42,126 nucleotides of DNA, from contig JAFCEU010000001.1 in assembly GCA_017608995.1 (NCBI GenBank), positions 1-42,126 of the forward strand. Reading direction: 5' to 3'. The position numbers and the translations under genes were made by a program. The notes under the pieces were generated by a model. It was not told the DNA's origin, did no database searches, and worked only from the letters and a program-made list of their open reading frames with translations. How positions within the stretch are numbered: position 1 is the first letter of the stretch; every line of letters starts with the position of its first letter. Of the stretch, positions 25,483 to 33,784 are shown piece after piece. Origin of the DNA: Candidatus Iainarchaeum sp. Its GTDB lineage: Archaea > Iainarchaeota > Iainarchaeia > Iainarchaeales > DTGL01.

Positions 25483-25496
25483 ATCAAATCACCTTT

Positions 25497-25943
25497 TTAG
25501 AACAGGTTTGGCTCCAGATTCTCTGGAGTCGGCTCCCGCTTACAAGTTAAATATGCCTGGTAGTCAATTGTCCCGCCAGAGTTATTATAGACATTGATAG
25601 AAACACTACTGCTTTCACTAACTTTTGTTATTGGAGCATCAGGCCTCATCTCAATTTTTTGATTATAATTATAAGTGTCAGTTCTTAAACTATGCTGTGT
25701 GCTAGTTCCAACAACAATTGCAAATTCAACATCAGCAGAGCTTGCTTCTACAACAAATAAATAAGGGTAAAGAACTACATTGGCATCGGTTGTAACCGTG
25801 TCTATTATTGTATCCCCTGTTGAAGTAAGTGTTCCACAAGTGCCAACTACAACTATATCACTTGTCTTGGTTTCCCTCAGCCATTTGCCGTTTTGAGGGT
25901 CATATTTCTCATACCTGAGGTACTTAGTTATGTCTCCCGTCAT
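25497..25943 (-). CDS. hypothetical beta-rich virion-block protein (148 aa)
   Basis: ATGA-type overlap with the upstream gene. Confidence 0.7.
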   Translation of the reverse strand: MTGDITKYLRYEKYDPQNGKWLRETKTSDIVVVGTCGTLTSTGDTIIDTVTTDANVVLYPYLFVVEASSADVEFAIVVGTSTQHSLRTDTYNYNQKIEMRPDAPITKVSESSSVSINVYNNSGGTIDYQAYLTCKREPTPENLEPNLF

Positions 25944-26446
25944 CTTATTCCCACCACCGTAATAGGAGTATAAATCTGGGGCTTTTCAGTCAATTCAACC
26001 AAAGCGTAACGCCACCCCACCCAATAAAGCACAGGTGCAATTGCAACATTGGTATTATTAACAATCTGAACATTTGGGGGATAATCTTTGAGAACCCACA
26101 AATTCAAAAACTCTGGAACGTGCCTTGGACTCATATTGTCAGAAAGAGGACCTCCTTCTGGGCTTCTCTGCGTGCCCCACCTGTTTGTTGCGGCAGGCTG
26201 CTTCAAATAAACCTTAACGTTTCCAGAGATTTCAATTCCGTAGATTTGGTAAAGCTGACCGGTTGGAGGATTCAATGAAGTAATCTCAGTATAGCTCTCT
26301 GTTGCACCAGCAGCCAATTCGTCATGCTCATCCTTATAAAAAAGTGTATCACGGTTAACGATTTTGTAAAACTTTTCCGCTCCCGCGATTACAACTCTAA
26401 CATTGTCTAGAATATTAAGCCCTTTTGTCAAGTCTCGTTCAGCCAT
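25940..26446 (-). CDS. hypothetical beta-rich virion-block protein (168 aa)
   Basis: ORF in the operon. Confidence 0.7.
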   Translation of the reverse strand: MAERDLTKGLNILDNVRVVIAGAEKFYKIVNRDTLFYKDEHDELAAGATESYTEITSLNPPTGQLYQIYGIEISGNVKVYLKQPAATNRWGTQRSPEGGPLSDNMSPRHVPEFLNLWVLKDYPPNVQIVNNTNVAIAPVLYWVGWRYALVELTEKPQIYTPITVVGIR

Positions 26447-26487
26447 AAATAAAAAAACACCCCCTGTGTGTGTGTTAGCGGGGAATT

Positions 26488-26994
26488 TTACGGATTCAGA
26501 ACCATGCCTCTCTTCTCTACGACCAATCCAATGAAAATCAAGTTCTCTGTTGAATTGGTTGTAGTCGTGTCGTTATAGCCTTCAATTGTTATCGTTGTAT
26601 TCTGGTCAACTGTAATTGGGTCATCTACCCACATTGTGTTGTCCTCTTGCGCTGGAACATGCTCTATTGGCCAAATCCTTGCAACCGAGCCACTTCGGGT
26701 AATCTTCACCCAGTCAATCAAAGGTGTTGACTCAGGGTAACAAATTCCATTGATTGAAATGAATCTGTTGTCTGAAATTGTTTGAGCGTTGACCAGCGTG
26801 TTTGACCCGCTTGTGGTTGTAACACTGAAGTTAAAGCTGTTCAGGCTTGAATCGAGGTCCTCTGCCCTCAAAGGTCGCACAATCAGGTCTTGCCTTGAAA
26901 GACCAAGCTGTGCAGTCGCCTTGGCTAACAACTTGTCCTCTGTTTTTCCAAATGCGTCAAGGGCTCTGCCCCTAAGCTCTTGGTAGAAAGTCAT
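26488..26994 (-). CDS. hypothetical beta-rich protein (168 aa); paralog of 36230..36796
   Basis: Shares ...LG-x-x-R-x-x-L-x-VR-x-L...SGSNT-L/I-VN...I-x-D-x-RFI-x-I-x-GI-x-Y... and C-terminal G-x-VVEK-R/K-GMVL with the other copy. Confidence 0.7.
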   Translation of the reverse strand: MTFYQELRGRALDAFGKTEDKLLAKATAQLGLSRQDLIVRPLRAEDLDSSLNSFNFSVTTTSGSNTLVNAQTISDNRFISINGICYPESTPLIDWVKITRSGSVARIWPIEHVPAQEDNTMWVDDPITVDQNTTITIEGYNDTTTTNSTENLIFIGLVVEKRGMVLNP

Positions 26995-27066
26995 TCCCTT
27001 TTCACCTCACAAATTTTTTCTAACCGAAATTACCAGCCCAAAAGGGCATGGCTTCGTTGGTCAGAT

Positions 27067-27951
27067 TTAGTCCACAAAGACGTCTTTACTGTATGTTCCG
27101 CCGTTTATTGCGAATGCTTGTGGAGCCAACTGCCTTTGGAAATATCTTCCAGAAGTTTCCCCCACTGAAACCGGTGCAATTGTTGCTGTTGGTACTGTTG
27201 CTGCTGCTGCTGTTGGCACCATTGTCTCTTCTGCAACGTCAACTACCTTGGTTAGCATGTGGGTTCCGGCCACGATTGCTGCAAGCTGGGCTGTCGGATT
27301 GCTTTTTAATCCAACCAAGCCGCCCAGTGTGGCAGCTAAGCCTCCGCCAATGTTAATCCAAGTAGAAGCTCGTGCAAAAGCTGGTGCACCTGTTTGACCT
27401 AACTGGACATCCACTTGGTCTGCTAGTACCTCAACAAGCTTTCCGGCAAACTGGGAACCTGCAACGACCCCCACGTCTTTTGCCAAAACCATCTCTTTCG
27501 TCACCTCTCTTTCTTGACCAACTTTTTTTTCAGTAAAAGTATTATTACTTCCAGATTTAAAAACCTTTCTAACTCCTGCATCAAGTTTCTCACAAGCAAT
27601 GCAGTTTTCGGTGTTAAAAGCTGGAACGGCTTTCTCAATAATTTTCCTGATTTCCCTGACCTTCAAAATCGCTCCATCAGGAGAATAACTTGGTAAATTC
27701 TTTCTTAACTCATATAGTTTTTCTTTGACTTTCCTGTATAAAGAGGTTTTCTCTGGCTTTACTGTCGCGCTGTGGCTTATTGCCTCAGATGCTTCTCCTT
27801 CGGCTTCAGCTAAATGCTTTGCGAGGCATGAAACCTGGCTTTCATCGGTTTGTAAATCATCTAAATTCCTTAAATGTGTCTCCAGTTGAAGCAGGTTAAT
27901 GAAAATGTTGTCATTATTATAATCCAGAAAACGCTCTTCTCGGTTATCCAT
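27067..27951 (-). CDS. hypothetical protein (294 aa) with Gly/Ala-rich hydrophobic C-terminal third
   Basis: ATG 27951 overlaps the upstream stop by 8 nt. Confidence 0.65.
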   Translation of the reverse strand: MDNREERFLDYNNDNIFINLLQLETHLRNLDDLQTDESQVSCLAKHLAEAEGEASEAISHSATVKPEKTSLYRKVKEKLYELRKNLPSYSPDGAILKVREIRKIIEKAVPAFNTENCIACEKLDAGVRKVFKSGSNNTFTEKKVGQEREVTKEMVLAKDVGVVAGSQFAGKLVEVLADQVDVQLGQTGAPAFARASTWINIGGGLAATLGGLVGLKSNPTAQLAAIVAGTHMLTKVVDVAEETMVPTAAAATVPTATIAPVSVGETSGRYFQRQLAPQAFAINGGTYSKDVFVD

Positions 27952-28255
27952 TTCCAGCACCAAACAAAAGCTCCTTCATTTCCTTTATTTGTTTTCTCAG
28001 CCAAGCCCTGGCTTCTTTGCTCTCATCAAAAACACTGTATAAGTCAGGCCTGTTGGTTTCAAGCCAAAGCATAACGTTTTTTATATTAAATTCATCTTTT
28101 TGGTTTGAATACATGAAGGCAACGACCTTGCCAATCCGAGCGATGTCCCGCTTATGCTCCAAAAGAAGACCAGCTACTGAAACATCTTCAGCGATAGCTA
28201 ACTGCAAATGGTTTTTCTTCCAGCCATTCAGTAAAGCAAGGATTATAGCATGCAT
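27944..28255 (-). CDS. hypothetical protein (103 aa)
   Basis: ORF in the operon. Confidence 0.65.
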   Translation of the reverse strand: MHAIILALLNGWKKNHLQLAIAEDVSVAGLLLEHKRDIARIGKVVAFMYSNQKDEFNIKNVMLWLETNRPDLYSVFDESKEARAWLRKQIKEMKELLFGAGNG

Positions 28256-28292
28256 AATTAAATAGAGGGCTTTAAAATATTTAATTTTTTCA

Positions 28293-29633
28293 TTAATCCA
28301 TCATCAAATCTTCAGATTTTTTTAATTCAGCTTCAGCAGCCAACTGCTGCTGCCTTTGCCTATACTTTTCCTGTGCTTGCTGAATTGCCTGCGCCTGCTG
28401 GGAAGTAAGCCCTGGCGGCTGTGACATCCGTTGAGCTATTGCTTGACCCATTGGCTCAAGAATCGGGGCCTTTATTTTGTCCACGAAATCAGTTACAAAA
28501 TCTTTTGCCAGCTCACCAGTGGTCTTTTCACCTGAAACGGCTTTAGCACCTTTTTGGTACTGTTCATCTAAAATCTTCATTGCTTGGTCCATGTACTTTT
28601 TTGAAATCTCGTCTTTCCATTTATATGCTTCGGCTGCGTGGCGCATTTGGTTTTTAACTTCTTCTTGTAAATGCTCAAATCGCATCCTGTTGGCTTCATC
28701 CTTGGCTTCTTCTGTTTTTGCTCTTTGTTGCTCTAATCTGTTTTCATGGTCGGCTCTTATTTTCTCCAACTCTGCCTTGCTTTTCTCGGTTAAGGCAAGA
28801 ATATCTTTCCAGTCCCCCCCTTTATTCTGCGCCGCATTAATCTGATTTTGAAGGTTTTGGAACATCTGCTCAAACTTCTGCATTTGGGCCTGCTGGATTT
28901 GAGACTCCCTTAGAGCTTTCAACTCAGCTTGCAGGGCTTGAATCTGCGGGTTCAACGTGTTGCCGTCCCCCTTGTTTTGTCTTTCAAGGAAACTCAAGGC
29001 AATTATTTTATCCAAGTTGATGGCACTTCCTTTTTCTCCAGACAGCGTGGACATTGTTTCCATCGCCACCCGCTGCTTCATCAACTTAATTACATCTCCA
29101 AAATCAATTTCCTTTCCCAAGTCGTTTCCGCCTTTGTGTGTTTTTGGCATAATTTCACCCTCGTTTTCTAAAACATCAGAATGCCTATAGTAATAATCTT
29201 TTCCCCAAGCCCTAATCGCACTTGACAGGTCTTTTGCAAGACCTTGTGCTACGGTCCACTCCGCGATTTTTAACAGGTCGGGGTCAAAGCGCAAGGACTT
29301 CTTTGCTTCAATCCGCTCATCTTCATCAAGCCTTCCTGTTTGTGCCACCTTACCACCTTCACTTTTTTTTTTACTTCCCTTCCAAGGGGAAGCGGGATAT
29401 ACTGCTTCTTCTTGGCTATTAGCTTTCTCTCCAGCAGGGCTCTTTGCTTCTTCTCCTACTGTGCCTGCTTTTGCAGCTTCTTTTGCAGCAAGCTTTGCCT
29501 CATAGTCTTTAATATATTTTGTAATTGTGCCCCCGAAAACATGGTACTTTTTAGCCAACTCTTTTATTGACCAACCCTTATCATGGAGGTCTTTCCATTT
29601 CTTTATTTCAGATTCCTTAAACAACTTAGGCAT
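28293..29633 (-). CDS. HTH-containing, Gln/Glu-rich coiled-coil protein (446 aa)
   Basis: ATG 29633 overlaps the upstream stop. N-terminal ...KGWSIKELAKKYHVFGGTITKYIKDY... is HTH-like, followed by a long coiled-coil and a poly-Q/A tail. Confidence 0.7.
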   Translation of the reverse strand: MPKLFKESEIKKWKDLHDKGWSIKELAKKYHVFGGTITKYIKDYEAKLAAKEAAKAGTVGEEAKSPAGEKANSQEEAVYPASPWKGSKKKSEGGKVAQTGRLDEDERIEAKKSLRFDPDLLKIAEWTVAQGLAKDLSSAIRAWGKDYYYRHSDVLENEGEIMPKTHKGGNDLGKEIDFGDVIKLMKQRVAMETMSTLSGEKGSAINLDKIIALSFLERQNKGDGNTLNPQIQALQAELKALRESQIQQAQMQKFEQMFQNLQNQINAAQNKGGDWKDILALTEKSKAELEKIRADHENRLEQQRAKTEEAKDEANRMRFEHLQEEVKNQMRHAAEAYKWKDEISKKYMDQAMKILDEQYQKGAKAVSGEKTTGELAKDFVTDFVDKIKAPILEPMGQAIAQRMSQPPGLTSQQAQAIQQAQEKYRQRQQQLAAEAELKKSEDLMMD

Positions 29634-29931
29634 CCTGTCCACCAGATGACAAATTAGTTTGGTTTTCTTTAATTGAAGAAACACCTTGCTTTTCATCAGC
29701 ACTTATTTTTGGGTTTTTCTCAAAGTCTTTTGCTAACTTTGCATCCTCTTCAATCTTTCTCTTCTTGTTGGCTACAATGTTAATTAGAGTCTGCAAAGCA
29801 TACTTTGTGACCTCATATTTGTTTGCTTTTGCTAAGAAGCCATTTTCATGCAACCATTTAACTGCTTCCTGCATTTTTTGGTGTTCGTTTGGGTCTAACT
29901 TGGTGGTATACTGCTCCAGAATCTTTACCAT
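29626..29931 (-). CDS. small DNA-binding-like protein (possible RHH), first gene of the minus-strand operon
   Basis: GAGGGATAAT SD before ATG 29931. Confidence 0.55.
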   Translation of the reverse strand: MVKILEQYTTKLDPNEHQKMQEAVKWLHENGFLAKANKYEVTKYALQTLINIVANKKRKIEEDAKLAKDFEKNPKISADEKQGVSSIKENQTNLSSGGQDA

Positions 29932-29988
29932 ATTATCCCTCAAACTACTAATAGCTTTAACCCGTTACCATAATATTTGTTCAAGCAA

Positions 29989-30011
29989 CTATTTAAGAGT
30001 TTGCTATTTAA
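29989..30011. promoter_or_regulatory. two direct CTATTTAA boxes (TATA-like) in the divergent intergenic region
   Basis: 29989-29996 and 30004-30011. The second lies about 25-30 nt upstream of ATG 30035, which has no SD (leaderless-type arrangement). Confidence 0.35.
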
Positions 30012-30034
30012 ACCTAAAAAACATAGAAATTGGT

Positions 30035-30430
30035 ATGGATAAAAAAATATTAGGGTTTATTTTTGGGGCAACGATAGCGGCAACCGCAATGGGCATATGG
30101 ACTTCTTGGCCTCAACACACCCAATTCCGGGCAAAGCTATTAAGTCTGACTTCCCCAACCGAAGAGCCAGAGAAAAGCCCCTTGGCTTTCATTGAACGTT
30201 ATCACTTGGGTTTGGCTGCCTTGATTCCTGCCAGAATGGCGGCAACGCCAACGAAGTATCCGGGAATTTCACCTGAAGACGCACCCATATTTTTCGGGAT
30301 TGGAGCAAGCCTTATTGCATCCGAAATAATGGGGGAGAACCCGTTTGGAGCAGGTAAAACACCCCTGGAAACAGCGGGAAATATAGCATTGGCCGGAATG
30401 TTGTTGGGCTGGTTGTTGGGAGTGAAATGA
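30035..30430 (+). CDS. integral membrane protein (131 aa)
   Basis: Several hydrophobic segments (ILGFIFGATIAATAMGIW, IFFGIGASLIA, ALAGMLLGWLLG). Confidence 0.65.
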   Translation: MDKKILGFIFGATIAATAMGIWTSWPQHTQFRAKLLSLTSPTEEPEKSPLAFIERYHLGLAALIPARMAATPTKYPGISPEDAPIFFGIGASLIASEIMGENPFGAGKTPLETAGNIALAGMLLGWLLGVK

Positions 30431-30723
30431 TGCCTTCCCGCAAGCTACATAATTTAGCGAACAAGCTGTTACTGGGGGAAGAGCTTGAATGGGTAAATGC
30501 AGTAATTGACGCACCAGCAAAATTATATTTGAAAGGCCATAGAAAATATTTTCATAGCAAAGAAGACGCAAAGTTGCTTGCCTTGCTTGGAGGGGGAAAA
30601 GCAGGAAAAGCGGCTTTAATCCATCAATTCTTGGATAAAAACATTCCTTCAATCGTTCAACGCAACATTAAATTTTTTAAGCTGGAATACGATAACATAC
30701 TTAGTTTGCTTAAAAGTAAGTGA
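30427..30723 (+). CDS. hypothetical protein (98 aa)
   Basis: ATGA overlap with the upstream gene. Confidence 0.6.
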   Translation: MMPSRKLHNLANKLLLGEELEWVNAVIDAPAKLYLKGHRKYFHSKEDAKLLALLGGGKAGKAALIHQFLDKNIPSIVQRNIKFFKLEYDNILSLLKSK

Positions 30724-30728
30724 TTATA

Positions 30729-31094
30729 ATGGAAGAAGAGAAAAAGTTCTTCATTGGGGCAGCAGGAATAGCAGGAATAGCATTATTATATTATTTTTGG
30801 AGACCGCCTGAGCAACCAATAACAATAGAAAAAGTAAATTTTGTTTCAACTGAAGCACAAGGCAGCATAAATGTTGATTCAGTAAATTTTGTTTCAACTG
30901 AAGCACAAGGCAGCATAAATGTTGATTCAGTAAATTTTGTTGTTTTAACTCCAACAGGAGACATCCCATCCATTAGCAGTTCATTTGTATCAATAGAACC
31001 AAAAGGAAGCGTTGATGTTGATTCAAGTGGATTTGTTATAACTGGACCTGTTGGAACAATTAAAATTACTGGAGAAAGATTCAATGCAATATGA
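30729..31094 (+). CDS. TM-anchored repeat protein
   Basis: N-terminal FFIGAAGIAGIALLYYFW, then VNFVSTEAQGSINVDS x2 plus degenerate copies. Confidence 0.65.
   Translation: MEEEKKFFIGAAGIAGIALLYYFWRPPEQPITIEKVNFVSTEAQGSINVDSVNFVSTEAQGSINVDSVNFVVLTPTGDIPSISSSFVSIEPKGSVDVDSSGFVITGPVGTIKITGERFNAI
30834..30942. repeat. perfect 48-bp tandem repeat x2 plus a 13-bp partial third unit
   Basis: 30834-30881 equals 30882-30929 base for base. Confidence 0.9.
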
Positions 31095-31105
31095 GGTGAT
31101 AAAAA

Positions 31106-31456
31106 ATGCCAATGGGATATTTTGACTTCTATATAACAGTGAGAAACACTGGACAAACAGCTTTTGATGCATATGTTGGATTAAGCATATGGGAAGGTTC
31201 CGAACAACACCCAGGGTATTGGGCAAAAAAGAAAGTCCAATTACAGCCCGGAGAAAGCTCTACTGTTGGACTTAGTAGTGAAATGAGAAACTGGGCTAGT
31301 GGCGCTCACAACTATCTTGTCAGATTATATAGTAGAGCTTTAAGTGAAGGAGCCCATGTAGCTGACTATGATGGCTGGACTATCTATAGATATGGAAGCG
31401 GTGCCCCAGATGAAAGCGCCATTGTTGCCGAAAAAAGCGGAACAGTTAATATATAG
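31106..31456 (+). CDS. Ig-like (CARDB-like) beta-sandwich protein
   Basis: GAGGTGA SD. ...FYITVRNTGQTAFDAYVGLSI...VQLQPGESSTV...GAHNYLVRLY pattern. Confidence 0.55.
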   Translation: MPMGYFDFYITVRNTGQTAFDAYVGLSIWEGSEQHPGYWAKKKVQLQPGESSTVGLSSEMRNWASGAHNYLVRLYSRALSEGAHVADYDGWTIYRYGSGAPDESAIVAEKSGTVNI

Positions 31457-31468
31457 CGGGTGCTTAAA

Positions 31469-31567
31469 ATGAAAATGGATGAATGGAGAACGCCTGTTCC
31501 TACCTTTGAATGGATTTTGTTAGGCGTTGGAATCGGCTTTGTTGCAAGTTATTTTATTTTCAGGTGA
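31469..31567 (+). CDS. small membrane protein (32 aa)
   Basis: ATG 31469; WILLGVGIGFVASYFIF; verified by hand. Confidence 0.45.
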   Translation: MKMDEWRTPVPTFEWILLGVGIGFVASYFIFR

Positions 31568-31572
31568 TTGAA

Positions 31573-32160
31573 ATGGCGACGACCTATCAAAAGCAGTTAC
31601 TAAAAGCCCCTTTAAACCAAGTTTTAAGCCAAGTTCAAAAATTTGGCTTTATTAACGTTCCAACTGAAACAAGAATTAATATTGGCTCTGGCGGGGGTTT
31701 ATCAGATAGATTTCATTATGAAGGAACTTGTTATTCTTTAGGCGTATGGCCGTGGGTTGGATATGGCCCATTAAATGGGGCTCCTGTTGATATTTTATTT
31801 AATGGAATTAAAAAAACAGAAGTTAGAACAACCTCTGATGGCTATTTTAGAGGAAACTTTATAGGGAAGGAAGTGGGGGAAGGCACTCATACAATAACTG
31901 CAAGAATGAAAGCATTTGGAGATGCAATTGCAAATTATTTATCAAGTCAAGCAAGCTCTTCTTTTGTTGTAACTGGTCCAGGGACGGGTTCTGATGTTGG
32001 GATTCAAAAACCGGTTATTTGGGATATTGGGTTGTTAGTGAATCTTGGCATAGGAGCCACAATTGGATTAATTGTAGGGGCAACCGTGTTTAAACGTGGT
32101 TTAGTTGGAAGAGTGGTTGGTAGAGCAAGAGAACTTAGAGAAGAAATAAGGGGGTATTAA
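31573..32160 (+). CDS. beta-sandwich protein with C-terminal TM anchor (195 aa)
   Basis: AGGTGATTGAA before the ATG. ...VDILFNGIKKTEVRTTSDGYFRGNF...GTHTITA... then LVNLGIGATIGLIVGATVF. Confidence 0.65.
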   Translation: MATTYQKQLLKAPLNQVLSQVQKFGFINVPTETRINIGSGGGLSDRFHYEGTCYSLGVWPWVGYGPLNGAPVDILFNGIKKTEVRTTSDGYFRGNFIGKEVGEGTHTITARMKAFGDAIANYLSSQASSSFVVTGPGTGSDVGIQKPVIWDIGLLVNLGIGATIGLIVGATVFKRGLVGRVVGRARELREEIRGY

Positions 32161-32162
32161 AA

Positions 32163-32315
32163 ATCAATTGGAAAAAAATTGCAATAACAACAGCAGTAGG
32201 GGCAGGAAGTGCGATTTGTTTTGGACTTAGTCAAATCCCCCCAAAAAATTTGTTATGGTTAATAGGTAGTGGAATGTTACTTGGTGCTGCAATTGGATTT
32301 ATTGGAAGTGATTGA
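32163..32315 (+). pseudogene. paralog of 32446..32625 lacking a canonical start (ATC where the paralog has ATG)
   Basis: INWKKIAITTAVGAGS... aligns with MVDWKKVIITTALGAGS.... The frame is closed upstream at 32136-32138, with no ATG/GTG/TTG before codon 30. Confidence 0.4.
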
Positions 32316-32316
32316 A

Positions 32317-32427
32317 ATGGTTACCGCTGAGCATAAGGCTTTGGCTGTTGCACGCCAACACCTGAAATCCCAGAGGTTAGGTTTGTGGCAAAAAAGGGGG
32401 CAAAAGGCATTTATATTGACTAACTAA
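32317..32427 (+). CDS. short paralog (36 aa) of 32628..32843
   Basis: MVTAEHKALAVARQHL aligns with MVTAEQKALAVARLKA; the same GTGATTGAAATGG junction precedes it. Confidence 0.4.
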   Translation: MVTAEHKALAVARQHLKSQRLGLWQKRGQKAFILTN

Positions 32428-32445
32428 ATTAGGAGTTGATTGAAA

Positions 32446-32625
32446 ATGGTTGACTGGAAAAAAGTCATAATAACAACAGCACTAGGAGCAGGAAGCGGAG
32501 CTAGTATAGGTCTTTTAAGGATAATACCCAACCCAGAGTATGGCTATGGACACAGTGACTTTTTAATTCATGCTATCCCAGGCGGCCTAATTGGTGCTTT
32601 AATTGGGATTGCTATGGGTGATTAA
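32446..32625 (+). CDS. small membrane protein (59 aa)
   Basis: AGGAG SD; two Gly-rich hydrophobic segments. Confidence 0.6.
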   Translation: MVDWKKVIITTALGAGSGASIGLLRIIPNPEYGYGHSDFLIHAIPGGLIGALIGIAMGD

Positions 32626-32627
32626 AA

Positions 32628-32843
32628 ATGGTTACTGCCGAACAAAAGGCTTTGGCTGTTGCACGCCTGAAGGCATGGATAGCTCGGCTGCCTCCAAGCA
32701 TGAGAGACATGCCCGTACTTGTTCTTTTAGGGCGGACACTGACTCCCAATCAAATGCTTGCCGAAGCCGAAGCAGAAACACAAATAGGAAGCATTATCAT
32801 TAACCGCGAATTGAAAATGGCTGGGTCGTTATTAGGGAGGTGA
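32628..32843 (+). CDS. hypothetical protein (71 aa)
   Basis: GGGTGATTAAAAATGG junction; ORF in the operon. Confidence 0.6.
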   Translation: MVTAEQKALAVARLKAWIARLPPSMRDMPVLVLLGRTLTPNQMLAEAEAETQIGSIIINRELKMAGSLLGR

Positions 32844-32849
32844 ACTCCC

Positions 32850-33584
32850 TTGCCTATTTCCAACAACATTGTTACAACTCGCCCTGCTTTTGACTTGCCG
32901 ACACGCTATTTGAGTTACTGGCTCGGAATAACAGTCGAACACGCAAAAAGGCTCAGATATAATGTGGCTGACTTGGCCGGAGCCGATGCAACCAAAGAAA
33001 AACTATACCAGGCATTAGTTGGATTAGACCCCCTGTTCTTTTTGGGCGGGGGGCATGGCGAGGTGGATGTTTTCACAGGGGACGACAGGCAGGTTTTATT
33101 AAACTCAGAAAACGCCTATTGGATGGCTGAACGCCTGACCTATTTGTTTAGTTGCTTAACTGGTCAAAAACTTTCAAAAGACATTATTGGAGCTGGTGGG
33201 GAGGCTTTTTTGGGTTACAATGAAGAATTCGGCTTCGTCGTAAGCCCGCCATATATCCCTGCAACAGACCCAAAAGCAAGAGGCTTCATGGAAGCAGGGA
33301 ACGCAATTGCATTAAGCCTGTTAAGAGGCTACTCGGTCGGGGATGCGTATAATGCTGGTGTTAAAAAATTCAACGACTGGATTGCCTACTGGGAAAAATC
33401 AACAGACCCGCTTGCGCCTCTGATTTTAACCTGGCTTGAATCAGACAGAGACTCTTTAGTTGCTTGGGGGAACTCTACTGCAAGGCTTTCAGTTGAAAAA
33501 AGGGAAGAACACCCAACAGGGTTATGGCCTGCGTTCCTTGCAGCAGGTGGTGTAATTACGGGGCTTGTTTTAGCGACTCTTTAA
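32850..33584 (+). CDS. clan CD cysteine peptidase-like protein (gingipain/C25-like) with C-terminal TM anchor
   Basis: GGGAGGTGA SD, TTG start. LFFLGGGHGE (His-Gly after a beta strand) and YLFSCLTG (Cys) lie 33 residues apart. C-terminal LWPAFLAAGGVITGLVLATL. Confidence 0.6.
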   Translation: MPISNNIVTTRPAFDLPTRYLSYWLGITVEHAKRLRYNVADLAGADATKEKLYQALVGLDPLFFLGGGHGEVDVFTGDDRQVLLNSENAYWMAERLTYLFSCLTGQKLSKDIIGAGGEAFLGYNEEFGFVVSPPYIPATDPKARGFMEAGNAIALSLLRGYSVGDAYNAGVKKFNDWIAYWEKSTDPLAPLILTWLESDRDSLVAWGNSTARLSVEKREEHPTGLWPAFLAAGGVITGLVLATL

Positions 33585-33760
33585 TTCTTCCTTAATTTTG
33601 GGCCAATACATTCAACCATTAATTTCTGCAATTCCTTTTTATTTATTCCCTTATAAAGCCCGCATTCTTTTGCTATTCTTTTAAATTTCATTTGTTGGCT
33701 TGTTAAAGGGTATTTTCTTTGCCTTTTTCTTAAATAGAATCCTTTTTTTCCACCAGACAT
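33581..33760 (-). CDS. small basic protein (59 aa), paralog of 33815..34069
   Basis: KGFYL...YP-x-TSQQ...CG...G...ELQ-x-x-MVEC-I/V-GPK shared with the neighbouring gene; verified by hand. Confidence 0.55.
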   Translation of the reverse strand: MSGGKKGFYLRKRQRKYPLTSQQMKFKRIAKECGLYKGINKKELQKLMVECIGPKLRKN

Positions 33761-33784
33761 ATTTAAAATAATAAAAAAAGAAAT

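Noticed and set aside
27160-27215. GCT/GTT-rich low-complexity DNA (TTGCTGCTGCTGCTGTTG)
   Set aside because: It encodes an Ala/Thr/Val-rich linker (TAAAATVPTAT) within 27067..27951 and has no independent repeat structure of note.
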